Part shown: in pieces, positions 9,295-18,174 of the stretch
How the letters are laid out: each line of letters begins with the position of its first letter
Position numbering within the stretch: the first letter of the stretch is position 1
NCBI GenBank assembly: GCA_964651835.1
Contig: CAZYYI010000001.1
Span: forward strand, 1 to 40,002
Direction: 5' to 3'
DNA length: 40,002 nucleotides
Origin: an uncultured Lachnospiraceae bacterium
GTDB taxonomy: Bacteria; Bacillota; Clostridia; Christensenellales; UBA1242
Program-made: the position numbers and the translations under genes
The notes under the pieces: model-generated
The model's database searches: none
The model's input: only the letters and a program-made list of their open reading frames with translations
What the model was told of the DNA's origin: nothing

Positions 9295-11619
9295 TTATTT
9301 TATACCAAATAAATCTAATAAGATTTGTTTTTTAGCAGCCTCTTCATCGGTTTCAGTTTCCAAATTTTTGATACTCTTTTTGATTAAATTTAAATCTTCA
9401 TTATTAGTATCTTTTGAAATATCTGCCATAACATCTTTAATTGCACTTTCATCTGATTTATTTGCGCTGTCAAGCATATTCATTATAGCATTAGATTTTA
9501 CAATGTTGTTAGCAATTTCATCTGCTTTATCTTGCTTGTTTTCACCTTCAGCAACAACAATTTCAAACTTGTTACCATCTTTTGTTGAAGATGCTAAATC
9601 AACAATAGTTTGAGCAGCTGCAATATCATTTTTAAGCGAATCTTTGTCTGATGTTTCTAAGATGTTTTTAAGAGTATCAGTAATAATTTCAGCATCTTTT
9701 TCAGGTATACCCATATCAGTAATAATATTGCTATTTGTTTCAGGGTTCTTTTCAAGCGAATTTAAGATGGTATTTTTTATTGCTTCTGATTCAACAACTT
9801 TTTCAAGCACACCTTCAAGATTATCTAAACTAATCTCTCCACTTGCAAAACTATCGGCAACTTTTGCTGCTTCTTCAACAGCGCCAAACATTGTTGCAAA
9901 ACTATAATCTTTGTTCTCTTCAATGCTTAAATCCCAATGTGCAATAATAGCGTCATTTAAAGTTTTTCTAACTCTTTCATCTAAGCCCATTTTATCTGAA
10001 TTAATCAAACCACTAAGCAAGGTATATAAAGGTTTAGATAAAATCTTAGATTTTCTTGAACAATCAATAGCTTCACCAAGGTCAGTTAAATTACCAATTA
10101 AATCAAATGTAGAGGTTTCCTCAGATTCTGTATTTTTAGAATTTGCAAACTTTGCAAATTTATTAACAATTTGTTGCATTAAAGCTGCTTCACCATTTTC
10201 ACCTTTCCAAATAATACCTGCAATATCAGCATCAGTAAGTGTATTATCTTCAAACTTGCCATCTTCATCAATTACATTTTTATAAACTACTTTTATTGCT
10301 TCATTAAATATTTTTGGAATACCATTTCTAAAATCTACAGAATCAGAAAAATTTTCAACAAGATCTTTAATTAATGTATCATTACTTTCTAAATATTCAA
10401 GCAAATCACTATCTTCGTTATCCATATAACTTAATAACCCATTATTGTTTGCCACTTTAACTGTATTTAAAATTACTTCAACATTTTTGTTTATTCTATT
10501 AATATCATCTGATTTCAAAATTTCAAGAACCACATTGAGCATTGGTGCATATTCGCCAGAAATTGGTGATTCTATACCAAGGAATGACTCACCTTTTGTC
10601 CATCTATCACACATTGTAGGTATTAATTCTGTTAAATAACCTTCAACGATTTTTGATTTAGATGCTTCGTTATAAATTCTTTGCACACCATCTACGCTGG
10701 TATTATTTTTTATATCAAACTCATTTGCAACAAAAGTTGTTTTATATTCATTATAAACCTTAGAAACTGCAACTAACTCATTTGTAAGGTTCAATTCTAA
10801 ATCATTATGTTTAACAGTTGTAAGATACTCAAAACTCTTTGAGCCAAGAGCAGTAATACCAAAACTATTAAAGAAAGTACCAGCTGCAGAGGTATCAAAA
10901 GCAATTTTATAATCTTCATAAGTTTCAAGGGCAGTTTCAACTGACCCAATGGTTTTATCATCAGTGTAATATACTTTGCCAGCAATCAAACTATTTGTGC
11001 CACCATTATATGCACTTGCAGTGGCTACTGCGTTAGCCTTTTCTTCTTCAACAAATTTATTGCATACATTAATTACGCCAAAAACTGGTGTTAAAAATGC
11101 AACCATAATAAACAACATTGTTATTGCACCAAATGTTCCACCAATGCAGCGAAGCCCAAAACCAGCCCATCCTTTCTTTTTTGTTTTGCCTTTCTTTTTT
11201 GCTTTGTGACCTAAAATCGCAAACACAATCCAATAAATAATGAGTGCAAGTAAGCCAATAACAATAAACAACGCTAAAAACATAACAAGATTAATTGCAA
11301 CATGCATAAATGATAAAACAAGTGCACTTGTTGTGCCATTGGCAGTCATAAGGTCATCTGCAGCCGAACCAATAATATCTCTAAGCATTTCAGTGAAGTC
11401 CATTGTAAAGCTACCGATATTTAAAACCGTGCCATCAGAAAATTTGCTAATAACCAAATTTGATATAACAGGAGCAATTAATATAGCCAAAGCTAAAACT
11501 ACGCCCACAATAATGAGCCTAGAAAGAGATTTTTTCCAACTTCTTGCAAAACCAATCAAAAAACCGATTCCAAGAAGTACAAATACACCAATTGAAATAT
11601 AAGTAAAAATGTTATCCAT
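9295..11619 (-). CDS. large membrane protein: CvpA-like N-terminal TM bundle plus about 550-aa acidic helical domain
   Basis: 774-aa ORF. N-terminus MDNIFTYISIGVFVLLGIGFLIGFARSWKKSLSRLI resembles the CvpA family start. Four to five TM segments in the first ~190 aa. The rest is D/E/K/N-rich with no recognised motif. Confidence 0.5.
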   Translation of the reverse strand: MDNIFTYISIGVFVLLGIGFLIGFARSWKKSLSRLIIVGVVLALAILIAPVISNLVISKFSDGTVLNIGSFTMDFTEMLRDIIGSAADDLMTANGTTSALVLSFMHVAINLVMFLALFIVIGLLALIIYWIVFAILGHKAKKKGKTKKKGWAGFGLRCIGGTFGAITMLFIMVAFLTPVFGVINVCNKFVEEEKANAVATASAYNGGTNSLIAGKVYYTDDKTIGSVETALETYEDYKIAFDTSAAGTFFNSFGITALGSKSFEYLTTVKHNDLELNLTNELVAVSKVYNEYKTTFVANEFDIKNNTSVDGVQRIYNEASKSKIVEGYLTELIPTMCDRWTKGESFLGIESPISGEYAPMLNVVLEILKSDDINRINKNVEVILNTVKVANNNGLLSYMDNEDSDLLEYLESNDTLIKDLVENFSDSVDFRNGIPKIFNEAIKVVYKNVIDEDGKFEDNTLTDADIAGIIWKGENGEAALMQQIVNKFAKFANSKNTESEETSTFDLIGNLTDLGEAIDCSRKSKILSKPLYTLLSGLINSDKMGLDERVRKTLNDAIIAHWDLSIEENKDYSFATMFGAVEEAAKVADSFASGEISLDNLEGVLEKVVESEAIKNTILNSLEKNPETNSNIITDMGIPEKDAEIITDTLKNILETSDKDSLKNDIAAAQTIVDLASSTKDGNKFEIVVAEGENKQDKADEIANNIVKSNAIMNMLDSANKSDESAIKDVMADISKDTNNEDLNLIKKSIKNLETETDEEAAKKQILLDLFGIK

Positions 11620-11691
11620 AACCTATCCTTCTACAAAAATATATGTTTAGTTTATTATTAAAATTTTATTTCACCAAACTTCGACCAAAAA

Positions 11692-12273
11692 TTATTCATC
11701 ATATGGTAAACGCAAAATTTCAAGTCCAGCTTCTTCTAAAAGTTTGATAGAAAATTCATCAGGGTAATTGTAACCATAAACAATCCTTTTTATACCAGCA
11801 TTGATTAGCAGTTTGGTACAAATTGTACAAGGCTGATGAGTGATATAAATTGTAGCACCATCTACCGCTGAACCAAGCTTTGCAGCCTGAACCAAAGCAT
11901 TTTGCTCTGCGTGAGTTGCAAAACAAATTTCTGCTCTTGTGCCACTAGCAATACCAAGGTAATCACGAGCACAGTAACCCTTTTCAGTGCAACTGGTAAC
12001 ACCTGCTGGTGCACCATTGTAACCCGTTGCAATAATTCGCTTATCTTTAACAATAATTGAACCTACTTGTCTGCCAGCTCTTGCACAAGTGCTCCAACTT
12101 GCAACATTTTTTGCAAGCTCCATAAAACGCTTGTCCCATTTTGCATCTTTCTCTTTTTTGCTTGGATACTTTATATTTTTAGTATCAAAAAGCTTTTCAA
12201 ATTGTTCTTTAGTAAGCCCTGAATAATTAGCTGCTGAGATTGTTTCTTTAGAAACTTCTTTTGATTTCACCAT
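11692..12273 (-). CDS. dCMP deaminase (ComEB-type cytidine/deoxycytidylate deaminase)
   Basis: 193 aa. Zinc motifs HAEQNA and PCTICTK. About 45-aa N-terminal extension relative to typical ComEB. Confidence 0.85.
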   Translation of the reverse strand: MVKSKEVSKETISAANYSGLTKEQFEKLFDTKNIKYPSKKEKDAKWDKRFMELAKNVASWSTCARAGRQVGSIIVKDKRIIATGYNGAPAGVTSCTEKGYCARDYLGIASGTRAEICFATHAEQNALVQAAKLGSAVDGATIYITHQPCTICTKLLINAGIKRIVYGYNYPDEFSIKLLEEAGLEILRLPYDE

Positions 12274-12400
12274 ACTTATCCCCTACTGTTTAAAACTTAA
12301 TCTTTAGTTCATAATTAATGCAAACAAATTTCTTGTGTTTTTATTATATAATATAAATTTTTATATTTCAAGCATATTTGCCACAAAAAGTAGGAGTTAC

Positions 12401-14062
12401 ATGATAAGAAGTATAAAGGTATTAAAATCCTATTACAAACTCACAGGCGTTAAGCCTATTTTTGTAGTGCTTGAATTTATATTTTTGTTAGTGCCTGCCA
12501 TGCTTTCAATATACTCTGCCGTACTCGCCGCAAATGTTATAACATCACTTACTGTTTATGATTACAATGGTGCAATATTTGAACTTTCATTAAACTTTGG
12601 CATAATTGTAATATCAGCCATCTCATATTTTATCTACTATTTAATTAGCAAAAAAGTTAATAGAACTATTGCTAAAAATTTAAATGAATTTGTTTACCAA
12701 AATGTTAGATTAAATCAAAATGTTAGCAGAATCAGTCTTGCAACCTTGCTCAATATTTCAACTTGCGTTGATTTTAATAAAAACTTTCTTTATAAACTAT
12801 GCTTTTTTATAAAAGCTATAATCACGATAATAATAGTGCTCTACCACAGTTGGATTTTGGGTCTTGGACTTGTCGCTATTAGTCTTATCATGGGCATCTG
12901 CTTAAAATTTACAGATAAGGCAATACAAAAAAAGCAGAATGAAATTTCTGAAATTCAATCAAAATCACTCGACCTTTTTAACAGTATCCAAAAAGGTTCT
13001 AGGATAGAAGAAAACCAAAATCTTGAAACGAGACTTAAAGATAAATATTTTAATATGGTAGCCACCCATTCAAAAACTAAAAATAAAATTGCACTTTTTT
13101 ACAATATTAATAATAATTTTATTTCATTAATTTTAAAGAGTGCAGTTTTTGGTTTTACAATTTACTTACTGCTACTTGTAAAAGCAACAACTCTAACCCT
13201 TTCACTTTATCTTATTTTAACTCCGTACCTTACCAGTTCGGCAGAAAATCTTTTAGAATTTTTTGAATTATTCTCTGAAATTGGCACGGTAGATAATATT
13301 TTAAGCAACTTTGACTCACTCAAATTTAGAGCAACAATCCCTGAAGAAAACACTACTAAAAAGGAACTTGATATTGATAGTTTTAATTTATATTTTTATC
13401 ACACTACCCTTGAAAAGAAACTTAAAAAGTCTGAAATTTCAAATAGCAATTTCGTAGAAAACCTAAAAGTAGATGATGTAAATTTAAAAATTGAAAGTGG
13501 AAGCACCATAAGCTTTGTGGGCGATAACGATAGCGGAGCACTTGCTCTTTATAAGCTTATTTTAAAAGAAGAGGCTTGCTCGTCAGGCAGTATTTTTTTG
13601 GATTACAAAAATATTGCAGAAATCAATAGTGAAACTTATAAAACGCTTGTGGCTTCAGCCAGCCCAAATGCATATTTTTACAATATCTCTATACTTGAAA
13701 ACCTTATGTTTGTATGTGACAATAAAAACAAAATTTATAGTAGCCTAAAAGCTTTTGGACTTAAAACCGAAATTGATAGTTACAAAAATAAGCTTAATAC
13801 CATTGTTGATGAAAACTTTAACAGAGAGTTAATTTACTTTTTGAGCATTTTAAGAGCATATGTTTCAGGTGCAAAAATAATATGTATTTATGGCGTGCCA
13901 GAAAATTTTAACAGACAAAAAATACAAAAATTAATGCATATAATAAAATTTCTAAAAGGTAAAGCAACTTTAATTTTGTTTGCAAAAACAGATATATTTA
14001 AGCCTGTTTGTAAAAAAACTTATTATTTTGAGAACGGAAAAATCATAAATATTGAAAAATAG
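12401..14062 (+). CDS. ABC exporter-like protein with fully degenerate nucleotide-binding domain
   Basis: ORF 12335..14062 (GTG) trimmed to the ATG at 12401, preceded by AGGAG at 12392-12396. Six-helix ABC_membrane-like N-terminal half. The C-terminal domain aligns to an NBD, but Walker A is GDNDSGALA, there is no LSGGQ, Walker B is IICIYGVPE and the H-loop histidine is absent. Confidence 0.7.
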   Translation: MIRSIKVLKSYYKLTGVKPIFVVLEFIFLLVPAMLSIYSAVLAANVITSLTVYDYNGAIFELSLNFGIIVISAISYFIYYLISKKVNRTIAKNLNEFVYQNVRLNQNVSRISLATLLNISTCVDFNKNFLYKLCFFIKAIITIIIVLYHSWILGLGLVAISLIMGICLKFTDKAIQKKQNEISEIQSKSLDLFNSIQKGSRIEENQNLETRLKDKYFNMVATHSKTKNKIALFYNINNNFISLILKSAVFGFTIYLLLLVKATTLTLSLYLILTPYLTSSAENLLEFFELFSEIGTVDNILSNFDSLKFRATIPEENTTKKELDIDSFNLYFYHTTLEKKLKKSEISNSNFVENLKVDDVNLKIESGSTISFVGDNDSGALALYKLILKEEACSSGSIFLDYKNIAEINSETYKTLVASASPNAYFYNISILENLMFVCDNKNKIYSSLKAFGLKTEIDSYKNKLNTIVDENFNRELIYFLSILRAYVSGAKIICIYGVPENFNRQKIQKLMHIIKFLKGKATLILFAKTDIFKPVCKKTYYFENGKIINIEK

Positions 14063-14074
14063 CAAAAATAAGCT

Positions 14075-14104
14075 TTGATTTTTATTTAAAACTAATGTTA
14101 TAAT
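14075..14104 (+). promoter_or_regulatory. sigma-A type promoter with extended -10
   Basis: TTGATT (14075-80), 18-nt spacer, TGtTATAAT (TG 14096-97, TATAAT 14099-104), about 35 nt upstream of the ATG at 14139. Confidence 0.5.
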
Positions 14105-14138
14105 TATTTTAGTAAAAATTATTATTTGGAGGGGTTGT

Positions 14139-15542
14139 ATGGCAAAAACTGAAGGACAGATAAAGTTTGATAAACTTAGTTACAAAAAAAGAAACTATTT
14201 TGAGGATGCCAGCAAGGAAGAACTCAGCAAAATTATGAATTACGCTGAAGATTATAAAATGTTTTTAAATAAAGGTAAAACTGAGCGTGAATCTTGCTTG
14301 ATTGCAATAGAAATGGCTAAAAAACAAGGCTTTACTGAATACAAATTTGGTGATGAACTTAAAGCTGGTGACAAAAAATATTTTATCAATCGTGGCAAAA
14401 GCTTGGTTATTTTCAAGATTGGCACTAAAAATTTGGAAGAAAATGGTATAAGAATTATTGCCTCTCATATTGATGCACCAAGAATTGATTTAAAACAAGT
14501 TCCGCTATATGAACAAGACAATTTATGCTTTTTCAAAACCCATTACTATGGTGGCATTAAAAAATATCAATGGACTGCAATACCACTTGCACTTCATGGT
14601 TCAGTAATACTTCTTGATGGCAGGAAAGTTGATATAAGCATTGGTGAAAAACCAAATGACCCAGTATTTTGCATAACAGACCTTTTGCCCCATCTTGGCA
14701 GAGAGCAAATGAGTCAGCCAGTAAGCAAAATGATTGAGGCTGAACAACTTAATATTCTTGCTGGTGGAATGCCAGATAGTGATAAAGAAGTTAAAGATCG
14801 AGTAAAGTTAACAGTGCTTAAAATTTTGAATGAAAAGTATGGTATTGTTGAAGAGGACTTTTTGTCTAGTGAGCTATGCGTAGTGCCAGCATTTGAAGCT
14901 AAAGATGTTGGCTTTGACAGAGCCTTTATTGGTGCATATGGTCACGATGACAGAGTTTGTGCATACCCTGCACTCACTGCAATTCTTGATAGTGATAGTG
15001 AAGAAACTATTATGAGTATGCTTGTTGATAAAGAAGAGATTGGTAGTGAAGGCACAACCGGTATGCAATGCCGTATTTATTCAGACTTAATGGAAGAAAT
15101 CTCTGAAACATTAGGGGCAAATTATCGCAAAGTGCGTGCCGCATCTAAATGCTTGTCTGCTGATGTAACTGCCGGCTATGACCCAACCTTTGCAAGTGTT
15201 TATGAAAAAATGAATGCAGCAATGATGTCATGCGGAACTTGTATGAATAAGTTTACTGGTTCAGGTGGCAAAAGCTCAGCCAATGATGCATCTGCTGAAT
15301 TTGTCGGCGAAGTTAGAAAAGCCTTTGCTGAAAATAATGTTTACTGGCAACTTGCAGAACTTGGAAAAGTTGATATCGGTGGCGGCGGCACAATTGCAAA
15401 ATATATTGCAAGGCTCAATATTGACACTGTTGATGTAGGCGTACCAGTGCTTTCAATGCACGCACCATATGAAATTATTTCAAAAGCTGATTTATACAGC
15501 AGTTATAAAGCTAATCTATCATTTTTTAAGTATTCTAAATAA
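14139..15542 (+). CDS. M18-family aminopeptidase (aminopeptidase 1-like)
   Basis: 467 aa. ASHIDAPR, GAYGHDDRVC, VDKEEIGSEG and SMHAPYE metal-ligand blocks. GGAGGGG RBS. Confidence 0.8.
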   Translation: MAKTEGQIKFDKLSYKKRNYFEDASKEELSKIMNYAEDYKMFLNKGKTERESCLIAIEMAKKQGFTEYKFGDELKAGDKKYFINRGKSLVIFKIGTKNLEENGIRIIASHIDAPRIDLKQVPLYEQDNLCFFKTHYYGGIKKYQWTAIPLALHGSVILLDGRKVDISIGEKPNDPVFCITDLLPHLGREQMSQPVSKMIEAEQLNILAGGMPDSDKEVKDRVKLTVLKILNEKYGIVEEDFLSSELCVVPAFEAKDVGFDRAFIGAYGHDDRVCAYPALTAILDSDSEETIMSMLVDKEEIGSEGTTGMQCRIYSDLMEEISETLGANYRKVRAASKCLSADVTAGYDPTFASVYEKMNAAMMSCGTCMNKFTGSGGKSSANDASAEFVGEVRKAFAENNVYWQLAELGKVDIGGGGTIAKYIARLNIDTVDVGVPVLSMHAPYEIISKADLYSSYKANLSFFKYSK

Positions 15543-15560
15543 AAAAATAATAAATAATAA

Positions 15561-15591
15561 AAAAAGATAGCCAAAATTAAGCTATCTTTTT
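15561..15591. terminator. bidirectional rho-independent terminator between convergent genes
   Basis: aaaaagatagc-caaaattaa-gctatcttttt. Confidence 0.65.
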
Positions 15592-15638
15592 ATTATTTAA
15601 ATTGTAATTTTTTAGTATATTATATTAATTTTTTACAA

Positions 15639-16193
15639 TTAAATATATTTTTTAACTTTATCTAGCAATTCGTTAAAAGTCGCATATCCGCTGTCTGTGT
15701 TAAAATGTCCTGCATTTTCTTTTATTATGGTTTCACCTGCAAATGCGTCTGCAAATTTTTCAAGTAATTTTCTTGGAACATAAGGATCATTATATGAAAT
15801 ATAACAAACTCGGTTTTTAGCAACTACCCTAATGTCTTTCAAACTATCCAAAAAGAATGTTTTGTTAACTTTATCATAATCAGATTCACCAATAACGCCA
15901 TTAAAACCGCTAATTGAAATCAATGTATTTACCTTCAAATTATTTTCAAGTAAATATTTGCAAATAAAAATTGGTGCTAAACTTCTGCCAACAAAAATAG
16001 TTTCACTGTTGATTTTGTCTTTATACTTTTTAAGTTCATTTTTCCACGCATCATAGCACTGCACACCAACACCTATTGGAAAGTCTGGAACAATGACATT
16101 ATTTCCTAATTTTTCTAAATTTTCTTTAAGCCAAGGCAAATAATGTTCCTTGCTATCACCAAAACTGCCATGAATAATAAATATATTTTTCAT
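15639..16193 (-). CDS. small alpha/beta hydrolase (YdeN/RBBP9-like serine hydrolase)
   Basis: 184 aa. IFIIHGSFGD start, nucleophile elbow GRSLA, C-terminal NAGHF. A paralogue-like gene lies at 34335..34925. Confidence 0.55.
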   Translation of the reverse strand: MKNIFIIHGSFGDSKEHYLPWLKENLEKLGNNVIVPDFPIGVGVQCYDAWKNELKKYKDKINSETIFVGRSLAPIFICKYLLENNLKVNTLISISGFNGVIGESDYDKVNKTFFLDSLKDIRVVAKNRVCYISYNDPYVPRKLLEKFADAFAGETIIKENAGHFNTDSGYATFNELLDKVKKYI

Positions 16194-16340
16194 AAATTAC
16201 TCCTATATTTATTTTAACATTTTGATTTATTTTTGCAATTTATTTTTATATATTTTTATTTTTTGCGTAATTTTTAATTAATTTTGCGATTTTTTATATT
16301 GAGTTTGCAAAATCAAAATATCTAACTTTACCTATTCCCT

Positions 16341-16368
16341 TTACACTTTAAATTAAATTGACTATAAT
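16341..16368 (+). promoter_or_regulatory. candidate promoter of tRNA-Arg(UCG)
   Basis: TTACAC (16341-46), 16-nt spacer, TATAAT (16363-68), about 30 nt upstream of the tRNA 5' end. Confidence 0.4.
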
Positions 16369-16398
16369 TAAATTAATAAAAATTAATTTTTTATTTAT

Positions 16399-16475
16399 GC
16401 TCCACTAGCTCAGCTGGATAGAGTAGACGGCTTCGAACCGTAAGGTCGGGGGTTCGAATCCCTCGTGGAGCACCA
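16399..16475 (+). tRNA. tRNA-Arg (anticodon TCG)
   Basis: Hand-folded cloverleaf: acceptor GCTCCAC/GTGGAGC, D-stem GCTC/GAGT, anticodon stem GACGG/CCGTA with loop CTTCGAA (anticodon 16433-35), T-arm GGGGG-TTCGAAT-CCCTC, discriminator A, encoded CCA. 77 nt. Confidence 0.85.
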
Positions 16476-16551
16476 TAAACAAAATTTTTAAACTTGTTTG
16501 GAAATTTGGTTTAGCGAGCTATGCGAGCTCGGATTCGAACGGAGCGTTAAG

Positions 16552-16575
16552 AAAAATGTCCAGTGGACATTTTTT
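16552..16575. terminator. rho-independent terminator (bidirectional shape) downstream of the tRNA
   Basis: aaaaa-atgtcc-agt-ggacat-ttttt. Confidence 0.55.
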
Positions 16576-16625
16576 AGCGACCGACGTGATAGCGGCACTG
16601 CTACCTGCCCTGCTCCGTAGCGGAG

Positions 16626-16649
16626 CGAATCCCTCGTGGAGCACCATAA
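16626..16649 (+). repeat. perfect 24-nt direct copy of the tRNA-Arg 3' end (att-like scar)
   Basis: cgaatccctcgtggagcaccataa occurs at 16455-16478 (inside and just after the tRNA) and again at 16626-16649. Confidence 0.85.
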
Positions 16650-16664
16650 TTTTAGGAGATAAAT

Positions 16665-16970
16665 ATGATTGATAACTACAAAGTTGTAACTTTGTGTGGA
16701 AGTGCAAAATTTAAAGATGAATTTTTAAAAGTACAACAAGATTTAACACTAAAAGGTAACATTGTACTTCTACCTGTTTTTTTTGACAAAGATAAAACAT
16801 TGACTGATAACAAAATATCAATGCTAAAAGATATGCATATGAAAAAAATTAATATTGCAGACGAAATTTTTGTAATAAATAAAAATGGCTATCTTGGCGA
16901 TAGCACAAAATTAGAAATTGAATATGCTAAAAATTTAAGTAAAAAGATAAATTATTTAGAAAAAATCTAA
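16665..16970 (+). CDS. small Rossmann-like protein, nucleoside 2-deoxyribosyltransferase-like (DUF4406-like)
   Basis: 101 aa. AGGAG RBS at 16654-58. VVTLCGSAKF start and GYLGDSTKLEIEYAK resemble the NDT-superfamily G..(D/S).G/S-T..E-(I/L)-G/E-Y-A block. Confidence 0.35.
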   Translation: MIDNYKVVTLCGSAKFKDEFLKVQQDLTLKGNIVLLPVFFDKDKTLTDNKISMLKDMHMKKINIADEIFVINKNGYLGDSTKLEIEYAKNLSKKINYLEKI

Positions 16971-16993
16971 TTGATAATTATTTCGAGGGATAA

Positions 16994-17659
16994 ATGTTTA
17001 AAGATTTATTTAAATTTAGAAAAGCAAACTTTGAAAAACTAAAAGAATACGGTTTTAAAAAAGTTGATGGCAAATTTCAGTTTGAAACTCAAATTTTAAG
17101 CGAACAATTTAAATTGTTTGTGTTTGTGGCGGATAATGGTGAAATATCGACCAAAGTTATTGAAAACAGCTTACAAGAAGAGTATGTGCTTCATTTGGTT
17201 GATGACGCTGTTGGTGAATTTGTTGGAAAAGTTAGAGCAGAATTTGAAAGAGTGCTAACCGATATTCGAGATAAGTGTTTTGAAAAAGATGTCTTTAAAA
17301 GTCAACAAGCAAAACAAGTCATTGGGTATATCCGTAAAAAATACGGCGACGAACTTGAGTATCTTTGGGAAAAATTTTCAAACAATGCCATTTGGCGCAG
17401 AAAAGATAACAACAAATGGTATGCGCTATTACTCATTTTATCAAAACGCAAACTTGGAATCAACAGCGATGAAATTGTAGACATAATTGATTTAAGAATT
17501 GACCCCGATAAAATTGATAAGCTGGTTGATAATGAAAAATATTTTAAAGGCTATCATATGAATAAAAAAAGTTGGTTCACTATTTGCCTAAACGGCAGCG
17601 TAACTACCGAAACAATTTTTGAGTTTATAGACAAAAGCTACGAACTAGCAAAGAAATAA
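16994..17659 (+). CDS. MmcQ/YjbR-family (DNA-binding-like) protein
   Basis: 221 aa. The C-terminal half (NKWYALLLILSKRKLG ... KGYHMNKKSWFTICLNGSV) matches the YjbR/MmcQ pattern. Confidence 0.55.
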   Translation: MFKDLFKFRKANFEKLKEYGFKKVDGKFQFETQILSEQFKLFVFVADNGEISTKVIENSLQEEYVLHLVDDAVGEFVGKVRAEFERVLTDIRDKCFEKDVFKSQQAKQVIGYIRKKYGDELEYLWEKFSNNAIWRRKDNNKWYALLLILSKRKLGINSDEIVDIIDLRIDPDKIDKLVDNEKYFKGYHMNKKSWFTICLNGSVTTETIFEFIDKSYELAKK

Positions 17660-17669
17660 AGGAGCAAAT

Positions 17670-18098
17670 ATGATAACAGAAGATAGGCAAAAACACATTT
17701 TTGGAGTGGCTAACTTTTTAAAAAAATATGCCATAGCCCAAGATATGAAAAATGAAGATATCGAGGCTTTGTATACCTTGGGACTGCTTCACGATATTGG
17801 ATATGAATTTTTAGAAGAAAAGGATTATATTAAACATAATGTAATTGGCGGAGAGATTCTTAAAAATCTAGGATACAAATACTGGAAAGAGGTATATTAT
17901 CACGGAGTCGCAAATGCCGAGTATTCAAGTAAATTTTTAGATCTATTGAACTGGGCTGATATGAGAATTGATAGTGCAGGAAACGAGGTCTCATTAGATG
18001 AAAGATTAGAAGAAATTTCGGTTAGATATAAAGTACCTATTAAAAAACTTAATAGCTACCCTGTTGCCTGCGAATTAAGAGCAAAAGGTTTTAAATAA
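17670..18098 (+). CDS. HD-domain phosphohydrolase-like protein
   Basis: 142 aa. H..(x27)..LGLLHDIG HD motif. AAGGAG RBS. Confidence 0.6.
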   Translation: MITEDRQKHIFGVANFLKKYAIAQDMKNEDIEALYTLGLLHDIGYEFLEEKDYIKHNVIGGEILKNLGYKYWKEVYYHGVANAEYSSKFLDLLNWADMRIDSAGNEVSLDERLEEISVRYKVPIKKLNSYPVACELRAKGFK

Positions 18099-18174
18099 CT
18101 TTATAATAATGTATACAAACAAATTTTTAAAAAATTGGATGAAATAATTTATAATTAATAGCGAGGTTAAATTT

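Noticed and set aside
16231-16310. TTTTGC(A/G) motifs spaced 30, 21 and 21 bp apart (TGC at 16234, 16264, 16285, 16306) in the divergent region upstream of tRNA-Arg. They resemble the motifs near 28111-28198 and 39557-39576.
   Set aside because: TTGCAA/TTGCG resemble -35 hexamers, and such strings are expected often in T-rich intergenic DNA. Without genome-wide counts I cannot claim a regulator site here.
16519-16707. 62-aa minus-strand ORF across the tRNA-debris region.
   Set aside because: It runs through the GC-rich tRNA-like fragments and the start of the opposite-strand gene, with no RBS. It looks like an artefact of locally high GC.
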